Shown here: one piece after another, positions 1 through 6,191 of the stretch
How positions within the stretch are numbered: the first letter of the stretch is position 1
How the letters are laid out: each line of letters starts with the position of its first letter
NCBI GenBank assembly: GCA_040752695.1
Contig: JBFMGO010000134.1
Span: 1-14,603, forward strand
Direction: 5' to 3'
Length of the DNA stretch: 14,603 nt
Source: a bacterium
GTDB lineage: Bacteria; SZUA-182; DTGQ01
Made by a program: the position numbers and the translations under genes
Notes under the pieces: model-generated
What the model was told of the DNA's origin: nothing
Database searches by the model: none
Seen by the model: only the letters and a program-made list of their open reading frames with translations

Positions 1-126
1 CGGAATAAGTGGTCGGATTAAATCGGAATAGGTGGTCGGCATTCGCCGGAATGGGTGGTCGAATTACACCGGAATCAGTGGTCGGCTAACTCCGGAATCG
101 GTGGTCGAATTACACCGGAATACGCA
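1..126. mobile_element. End of an IS21-family insertion sequence (terminal repeat plus internal 23-bp repeats); the element extends left of the window
   Basis: Five tandem 23-bp units CGGAATnrGTGGTCGnnnnnnnn start at 1, 24, 47, 70 and 93, followed by CGGAATACGCA (116-126). The reverse complement TGCGTATTCCGG matches the TG...CA termini and multiple subterminal repeats typical of IS21-family (IS408/IS1162-like) ends. Confidence 0.8.
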
Positions 127-555
127 ATTCATTAACTTTGAACATAAGTTAACCAACAGGGGGAAGGTATCGGCCCATCCTTTCACTAACTTTTGTCCAC
201 TTTGTTAGTGAACCGAATCAGGACGAGAGGGCAAAAAAACGGATAACAATAGATCACCCTCACTGTCGAATATTTCGTAAGCAATGTAAGTAGTTAGCCG
301 CCTATCCTAAAATATAAAATATCGATTAAAAAACGATTTCTACAAGATATACATAGAGTATGCATAAATTATACGCACCCTAAAGAATCCCCTCCTCGGC
401 GAAACCAGCACAACGAGGCGAATGAAAGGTAGGTGTTTTTTATCCAAGGAGAGTGAACTCTTCATACCAAATGACTATCGGGAAATGAACTGATGACAAG
501 GGTATAAAAACTTAAGTGTTAACTGGCACATCACTTACCTTGAGGGGGATTTTCC

Positions 556-1317
556 ATGTCTTTAGGGGAGTCTTTGGGGAGATTTCTGTCAAAACAAGAT
601 GCTATCTATCTCTTGGAATTGGTATATTTCAGCATACACTGCGAGGATAGAAAGGATATAGTAAAGTTAGTAAATAAATTAATCTACTTAATGTCATATG
701 ATTTTGCAATCTCTGCACTTGGCACAATTAATGAAAAAGGTCTATTACAATTCTACGAAGTTGTCAATGTAAGCTATCCAGAAGATTGGGTTAATACATA
801 TCTTAATAAAAGATATTACCAAATTGATCCAATTATTAAAGCAAATTTTACAGAATTCGGATTACAGTATTGGGCTGACACCTACAAAAAAATCCACCCT
901 CCAAAGGATCTTTTATTCCTGAAAGAGAAGTTTGGACTCAAAAGAGGCTATAGCTTTGGATTAAGAGATCTCAGGTGGTCAGGAGGAAGTCTGTTTTCCG
1001 TATCAGGTCAATACCTGGAACATCACATCCGCACTGAAACCATCTTAATCTATGTCCTTCCTTATTTTCACCAAACCCTTGTCCGAATTTTAGATCAAGA
1101 CCATGTAAAAAGAGTTCCTGTCCTTTCACCGAGGGAGATAGAAATACTCAACTGGCTTAAATTAGGTAAGACCAATTGGGATATATCAAATATTCTCAAA
1201 ATCAGTGAGCGAACGGTGGAATTTCATGTCAAAAATATTACAAAAAAGCTGAACGCTACCAACAGAATTCACGCTGTTGCCATCGCTATCGGACATGGAT
1301 TGATCGAAATAGATTAA
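556..1317 (+). CDS. LuxR-family quorum-sensing transcriptional regulator (autoinducer-binding domain plus C-terminal HTH)
   Basis: 253 aa. YPEDWVNTY...IDP...QYW...RG carries the conserved AHL-pocket residues (W78, Y82, D91, P92, W106, G131). The C-terminus LSPREIEILNWLKLGKTNWDISNILKISERTVEFHVKNITKKL is a LuxR HTH. GAGGGG RBS upstream. Confidence 0.95.
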   Translation: MSLGESLGRFLSKQDAIYLLELVYFSIHCEDRKDIVKLVNKLIYLMSYDFAISALGTINEKGLLQFYEVVNVSYPEDWVNTYLNKRYYQIDPIIKANFTEFGLQYWADTYKKIHPPKDLLFLKEKFGLKRGYSFGLRDLRWSGGSLFSVSGQYLEHHIRTETILIYVLPYFHQTLVRILDQDHVKRVPVLSPREIEILNWLKLGKTNWDISNILKISERTVEFHVKNITKKLNATNRIHAVAIAIGHGLIEID

Positions 1318-1398
1318 TTTTGCCATTTTTTAGCAAGTCTTATATACATTATTGTTTCAACGACTTACGGTATTTTGGAATGGACTTATAAGGATCAA

Positions 1399-1418
1399 AC
1401 CTGTCAATAACAACAGGT
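1399..1418. promoter_or_regulatory. lux box-like LuxR binding site
   Basis: ACCTGTCAATAACAACAGGT is 20 bp with perfect ACCTGT/ACAGGT arms, the same arms and length as the Vibrio fischeri lux box ACCTGTAGGATCGTACAGGT. It lies 82 bp downstream of the LuxR gene. Confidence 0.8.
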
Positions 1419-1436
1419 GATTTAAAATAAACTAAT

Positions 1437-1451
1437 TGCTATACTTATACT
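1437..1451 (+). promoter_or_regulatory. Extended -10 element of the putative LuxR-activated promoter
   Basis: TGcTATACT (hexamer 1440-1445), with a second TATACT at 1446-1451 and no consensus -35. The first hexamer puts the lux box centre at about -43. Confidence 0.55.
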
Positions 1452-1622
1452 AAGTTGAACATACGCACAAAATTATTTATAAAGAAGGAGGTGGTGTTTA
1501 TGATTGATTATTAATTGCCCTTTGAGGAGTGATGTATCTTAATCAAAGAATGAGGCTATGCCTAATTTAACAATGTCAAGATAATTGAGGTTTATTTTTA
1601 ACACAATGTCGGAGGTTAACCA

Positions 1623-2270
1623 ATGGTAAAAAAATTTTTGCTGAGTAGTTTATTACTGGTCATTGTTGGATCTATATCTTTTGTTCGTATTGCAGCAGCT
1701 TACGATGTTGGTGGGCATGCGGTTGAAACCTATAATTGCGGGACATCTTGTGACACATCCTCAGCGGTTGATGCTGTAGATAATACCGGAAACTTTGTGG
1801 ATGAGCTTGTAAATACATTAGGCTATAATAATATTTATGAACGATATAACTGTTCTGCTGAAGAAAATGATTTTGTTGGAGCTGATAGTAATTACGTTGA
1901 TAATGTTGACATAGCATATTTTTGTGGCCATGGAGACGTAAATGGAATCAAATTTGGCACAGAAAACAGTTACTGTACTTGCCCTTTGTCACGAATGGAG
2001 TTAGGGGATGGTGATTTAGCATGGCTTATTCTTGATTCTTGCCAAGTACTGAATTATACCTATATTGTCTACCAGAGCCACTGGCCTAATAGCACATTTA
2101 AAGGACTACATATGATTTTTGGGCATGATACCGAGGCCAGTGCATCAGCGTACCGGGGAAGAAAATTTGCCCGATACGCTGATGGGTACTATGGAACTGC
2201 CGATAAACTTGTAACTGCTTCTATCAATTGGTTAATTAATTATCGGATAAAAACTAACCAGGGAGGATAA
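1623..2270 (+). CDS. Secreted DUF6345-like protein, putative clan CD (caspase/gingipain-like) cysteine peptidase; C-terminus possibly shortened
   Basis: GGAGG RBS. Signal peptide MVKKFLLSSLLLVIVGSISFVRIAAA. Motifs VDNVDIAYFCGHG, LGDGDLAWLILDSCQVL and FKGLHMIFG match what I recall of DUF6345 proteins. His103 and Cys140 each follow a hydrophobic strand. Confidence 0.7.
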   Translation: MVKKFLLSSLLLVIVGSISFVRIAAAYDVGGHAVETYNCGTSCDTSSAVDAVDNTGNFVDELVNTLGYNNIYERYNCSAEENDFVGADSNYVDNVDIAYFCGHGDVNGIKFGTENSYCTCPLSRMELGDGDLAWLILDSCQVLNYTYIVYQSHWPNSTFKGLHMIFGHDTEASASAYRGRKFARYADGYYGTADKLVTASINWLINYRIKTNQGG

Positions 2271-2271
2271 A

Positions 2272-3162
2272 ATGAGAAAAAATTTTTAATTAATAGCAAA
2301 TATAGTTTTCTTTACCTGCTTTTTTCTATTTTTCAGCTTCGATGTCAAAGGCGAGACACCATTATATAAGATGGCTACTACCTTCCCTCAAGTCTCTGAA
2401 AAAGCAAAGGTCTACAGGGTAACGAATTCTACTATGGACACTGCTAGGTTACAAAGTATGTTTGGCATGAATGGGAAGGAGGTTTATAACGGTAGCGATT
2501 GTAAAGTTTATCGAGATAAAGACAACTCATTGGAAATATTTAATGCTGGGTCTTTCCGATATATAAATGAGCCTGAATTGATAAGGTTTGAAAAGAACTC
2601 TGTACTTCCGTCTAAAGAAGAGGCTATTAACATTGCTTCTCAATTCCTGATAAAAAATAAAATCCTGCCTACAGGTGCATTTGTTAGCGGTGTTTACTAT
2701 GATGAATCGTATACCGCCCATAAAGGCATTGAAGGATCAACATGTTTTATTCCACACATGTGTGTTAGTTTTGGTATTAAAATCAATGGAGAAAAGGTTT
2801 ATGGTCCTGGTGCCAAAATTAATGTCTATATCGGTGATGGAGGAAAGATTATATGCCTCTACAAGGCATGGAAAGAGATAGAGGAGGTACAAGCAAAAAA
2901 CATTATTACTCCTCAAAAAGCATTGGAACGACTTGAAAAGAGGAGCGTTGTTAATTCTTATTGGGGCGGTACTACTGGCTGTGGAGATATTCAGTCAATA
3001 GAAATCCAAAATATGGCTCTTACTTATTATATTGAGCCAACTGAGCCGGATTCCCCTTCGCAGCAGCCTCTTCTTGAACCTGTATATGTTTTTGAAGGTG
3101 TCGTGAAGGGTACAACCAAGGAAAAAAAGTTTTTCTGGAAAGAATCTGCACTTGGTGAATAA
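2272..3162 (+). pseudogene. Exported hypothetical protein (partner of the DUF6345-like gene) with an in-frame TAA at codon 6; the ORF track call 2371..3162 is the downstream part
   Basis: GGGAGG RBS at 2261-2266. The ATG at 2272 is in frame with the 2371 ORF and reads MRKNF*LIANIVFFTCFFLFFSFDVKG-ETPLYKMATT..., a signal peptide interrupted by TAA at 2287-2289. The mature part has LPSKEEAINIASQFL, ITPQKALERL and LEPVYVFEG, resembling YcdB/YcdC/PepSY-like extracytoplasmic folds. Confidence 0.7.
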
Positions 3163-3191
3163 GCTGTTTTAAAGTACATATACATATATAA

Positions 3192-3221
3192 CCGCCCTCC
3201 CTCTTGCTAAGGAGAGGGCGG
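3192..3221 (+). terminator. GC-rich hairpin after the DUF6345 operon, probable terminator or stabiliser
   Basis: CCGCCCTC (3192-3199) pairs with GAGGGCGG (3214-3221), 30 bp after the stop at 3162. There is no clear U-tract. Confidence 0.5.
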
Positions 3222-3674
3222 GAAGTATATCTATTTCTAAAGAAACCAAGAGAGGATTATCGACACCCTTTTAATGATAGTGGCCTGGATATACTGCTTA
3301 GATGCAGCCTTAAGGTATTGCATCCAAAAGACTCTCCCTGAGCAGCATTATGGGGTAGCCGCTTTAGAGTGCGGACAGTCTCGAATGTCATGAAATAACC
3401 TTTGAATGGAATCTTTTTAAGGACAATAATGCTCAATTTTACAAATAGGGTAACGCAGGAGATCATGGTGGCACCTAAATTGCATATGTGAGATATTTAA
3501 GACTACTTTTTCCCTTGGACCTGAGCCTTTGAAACAAGGCATTTTACCAAAGTATTATCATTCGCGGGAAAGGCAACGGTATCAAGGTAATTCGGCTAAC
3601 TTAACATTGTTAGGCTATACTTGCTGAATAGCTTAATTTGGGGAAATGTCTTTTAATTGTGGAGAGATGAAAAG

Positions 3675-4598
3675 ATGAATAGATTTCTTAAAATCATCAG
3701 AAAAAATTCAAATAAGGAAGCATTTTTAAAGGTACTGGGAATTATCCTGTTTCTTTTTACTTCTCTTTTTTTTGTAGCTAACCAAACCCTTGCATGGTAT
3801 ATGCCCATGATTGAATTCCCTCTCATCAACAAGTCGGCCAATGATGCAAAATATATGCAATGGAAAATCAAAGCCCAGAGAGCTTATAACATTGAGGTTC
3901 ATATGGAAGATGACGAGGGGAATGATTTTATTATTGAATTTGAAACCAAGGATGAACATGATGACGAAGACTATGATGCATCAGACAACGACCGGCTCGT
4001 TGTTAGAATTGACGAGAACTATTACGACGATACTGAAAGAATTTATGAATCGGCATCTTTTAGTGATCTGATGTCCTTACATTTATCCAAAAACAGTAAC
4101 GTAGCCTATAACTGTACTGGCGATGTAATAATTAAGAAAATTATTATTTACGGCAATGATTTTACTCTCTATTCCATCACCCTGGCTGATAATAAAAGTT
4201 TTAACAACCCATGTTGGGAGAAAGATGCTTCTAATTGGAATAATCTTGGTGACTTTGAAGATGATGATGGAAAAGTCCCTGACGCTGAGCATACATTTAT
4301 TCAATTTAATAACTCAAATATCCATGTTACTAAAAAATATACAGAAGGCAGCTATAGACCAATTTATCCTCCTAATATGAATTATGGTTTTTACGTTAGC
4401 CCAAGTTATATTGGGTCAGCAAATGCTTATTATTGGCCTTCCCAATGGTCTTCTTTTGACTTTTATTACAACAATCTTTATTCCTACAACTCCAATAATG
4501 TGGGCTTTGCTAATTATTATAGTGAACCTTATGATTATGCGTGGTCTTATAACTATAATGTACCTTTAATGTATATTTGGATTTGCCAACCCCACTAG
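3675..4598 (+). CDS. Exported or membrane-anchored hypothetical protein with an acidic middle domain and a Tyr/Asn/Ser-rich C-terminal tail
   Basis: Long ORF (track 3657..4598; the ATG at 3675 is the more plausible start). Basic N-region followed by hydrophobic VLGIILFLFTSLFFVANQTLA. D/E-rich segment EDDEGND...DEHDDEDYDASDND. The last ~80 aa are rich in Y/N/S/W. Confidence 0.75.
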   Translation: MNRFLKIIRKNSNKEAFLKVLGIILFLFTSLFFVANQTLAWYMPMIEFPLINKSANDAKYMQWKIKAQRAYNIEVHMEDDEGNDFIIEFETKDEHDDEDYDASDNDRLVVRIDENYYDDTERIYESASFSDLMSLHLSKNSNVAYNCTGDVIIKKIIIYGNDFTLYSITLADNKSFNNPCWEKDASNWNNLGDFEDDDGKVPDAEHTFIQFNNSNIHVTKKYTEGSYRPIYPPNMNYGFYVSPSYIGSANAYYWPSQWSSFDFYYNNLYSYNSNNVGFANYYSEPYDYAWSYNYNVPLMYIWICQPH

Positions 4599-4647
4599 TT
4601 ATAACTATTGGCGTTATAAGTGGTAGAGTAATGCAGCAGTGAAAAAT

Positions 4648-4697
4648 AGGGAGAAGGCAAGTTCCGACAAAATCCTCAAGGAACCTGCCATCTCCCT
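4648..4697 (-). terminator. Intrinsic terminator of the minus-strand gene remnant (possibly bidirectional)
   Basis: 18-bp imperfect inverted repeat AGGGAGAAGGCAAGTTCC / GGAACCTGCCATCTCCCT. On the minus strand one mismatch becomes G-U and the stem is followed by ATTTTT. It lies just after the TGA at 4713-4711. Confidence 0.55.
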
Positions 4698-4710
4698 TGT
4701 CAAAACCTCT

Positions 4711-4980
4711 TCACGCACAATGAGATTCCTGAATTCTATCAAGCCCAGGGTTAAATGCATCAGGTCTCAGGAACTGGACAGGCTCTCTTTCAGGCCAGAC
4801 CTTCAAAATGTAGGCAGGCGAATGTGGCGATTTCCGGAAGAGGCACCAATGACCCATGTCGGCAGGTTCACTCTTGAATGGGTCGGATACATGAGCCGAG
4901 CATAATCTTCGAGACGGTCAGGAGTTCTGGCATCATCGGCATAAATCAGCATGGCCACAAAAGCGCCACACCCTTTGTGC
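4711..4980 (-). pseudogene. 3' remnant of a hypothetical protein gene, frameshifted
   Basis: Manual translation gives HKGCGAFVAMLIYADDARTPDRLEDYARLMYPTHSRVNLPTWVIGASSG, then a frame change near 4825-4840 into PHSPAYILKVWPEREPVQFLRPDAFNPGLDRIQESHCA*. It reads as protein, has no 5' start and is followed by a terminator. Confidence 0.5.
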
Positions 4981-5059
4981 TGATTAGAAGAAACTCCTTT
5001 TCTTCTAATTGTTACAACTTTTGTTGCGGCTGGTTCACGAATATTGGGGTTAGACCTAA

Positions 5060-5526
5060 CTTGAGGCTGATGGAGACCTTACCTATTCGCTGAGCAATAC
5101 GGCCTCTGATACTCCTCTGGCCACGTTGGCTCTGTGGCGGTGTGAGCGCTACTTTGCTGAGCGTATCTTTCAGGATTCCAAGCTTGGGGAGGATGGGATG
5201 AGTTGGTGGCCCGCAAATACCGTGCCTGGATGCATCACACTGCTTTGGATGCTCTGGCTCTGTGGTTTATCGCTGAAACTAAACTGGATTGGGCTCAAGC
5301 CTACCCCCGTGATCCTCAATTGATCCGCCAACTTGAGGTTGAAGTACTGCCTGCTCTGTCTATGGCCAATGTGCGGGAGATGCTCAAGGCTGTGTTGCCC
5401 TTGGACCAATTGTCTCCCGAACAGGCTACTCATGTGGTTGTCCAACATCTTGTTAACCGTTCTCATTCCACTCGTAGCCCTCAATGGTAATTGAGAAATG
5501 GTATTAGACTAAGCACGTGAGTCTAG
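5060..5526 (+). mobile_element. IS701-family transposase C-terminal fragment (frameshifted pseudogene)
   Basis: ADGDLTYSLSNTASDTPLATLALWRCERYFAERIFQDSK continues after a frameshift (~5183-5190) into GWDELVARKYRAWMHHTALDALALWF, matching the DDE third-catalytic region (R..IE..F...K...G.D....R....W.HH..L) of IS701-type transposases. The N-terminus is missing. A CTAG at 5523-5526 could mark the end. Confidence 0.75.
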
Positions 5527-5546
5527 TCGGCAAGGCTCACGCCGAG

Positions 5547-5578
5547 CCCGACAACCCGATCACCCGACAACCCGATCA
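5547..5578. repeat. Tandem repeat (CCCGACAACCCGATCA)x2
   Basis: Exact 16-bp duplication at 5547-5562 and 5563-5578, with internal 8-bp periodicity. Confidence 0.85.
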
Positions 5579-5639
5579 GCAGGGCTTGCACTGAAAAAGA
5601 ATAATTACTTTTTGCACCGTGGTTTATCAGGATGAACAC

Positions 5640-5670
5640 GGGATAGGGGATAGGGGATAGGGGACAAGGG
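5640..5670. repeat. Heptamer repeat (GGGGATA)n with five G-runs
   Basis: GGG ATA GGGG ATA GGGG ATA GGGG ACAA GGG. Confidence 0.85.
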
Positions 5671-5700
5671 CAGGAGGTGTAATGAAAAAAATACACCCTC

Positions 5701-5729
5701 TTGACATCTTTCTCTCTTTGCTGTATATT
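5701..5729 (+). promoter_or_regulatory. Sigma70 promoter of the tRNA-Met gene
   Basis: TTGACA (5701-5706), 17-bp spacer, TATATT (5724-5729), with an A-tract UP-like element upstream; 30 bp before the tRNA. Confidence 0.85.
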
Positions 5730-5758
5730 ACACTTGCTGTTGAGAGATAACGACATGA

Positions 5759-5835
<77 letters not shown>

Positions 5836-5842
5836 AAATACA

Positions 5843-5875
5843 GCTGTATAACATCTGTTATACAGCATTTTTTTT
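5843..5875 (+). terminator. Rho-independent terminator after the tRNA
   Basis: GCTGTATAAC-ATCT-GTTATACAGC perfect 10-bp stem followed by A and T8. Confidence 0.85.
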
Positions 5876-6191
5876 ATAAAAAACATCAAGTATTATAAAT
5901 ATCAAAGACGACTGTGACTGCTGCTCAGCCACTCGTCATTCCAAGAGGCCATTCCTAAGCGGCCAGGCAGCAGTGGCCAAAGGGTGCGAAAGATCTTGAT
6001 CTTAGGAATTGATTCGATCTCCTGTCAAGATTCACTGATTCTGTGCTCACCTTACATGAGCTCTCGGAACGATACCTTTCATGAAAAGGCTTTGAGCAGT
6101 TGCCATTGACTCACCTTTATAAAAGCTGATTTTGGATCCTTAAAATCTCAAGATCCGTACATTTAAGACCTTGAAAGGATGCGGTAAACAT

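Noticed and set aside
1..126. CRISPR array
   Set aside because: The period is only 23 bp with ~8 variable bases, there are no real spacers and no cas genes, and the terminus matches an IS21-type end.
182..300. Integron attC-like sites (TTCACTAAC...GTTAGTGAA; CGGATAAC...GTTAGCCG; similar short pairs at ~3593-3615 and ~4599-4619)
   Set aside because: R''/R'-like cores are present but I cannot find complementary L boxes. Several pairs are far too short for attC and no intI is in the window. IntegronFinder would settle it.
470..500. Second lux box upstream of luxR (CTATCGGGAAATGAACTGATG)
   Set aside because: Weak symmetry and wrong spacing compared with the 1399-1418 site.
3240..3600. Coding sequence (track ORF 3257..3466 minus, and plus-strand fragments)
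   Set aside because: Short frames with no RBS or recognisable motif. It may be a degraded gene but I cannot support a call.
4639..5093. Plus-strand ORFs 4639..4905 and 4878..5093
   Set aside because: They are antisense shadows of the more protein-like minus-strand remnant.
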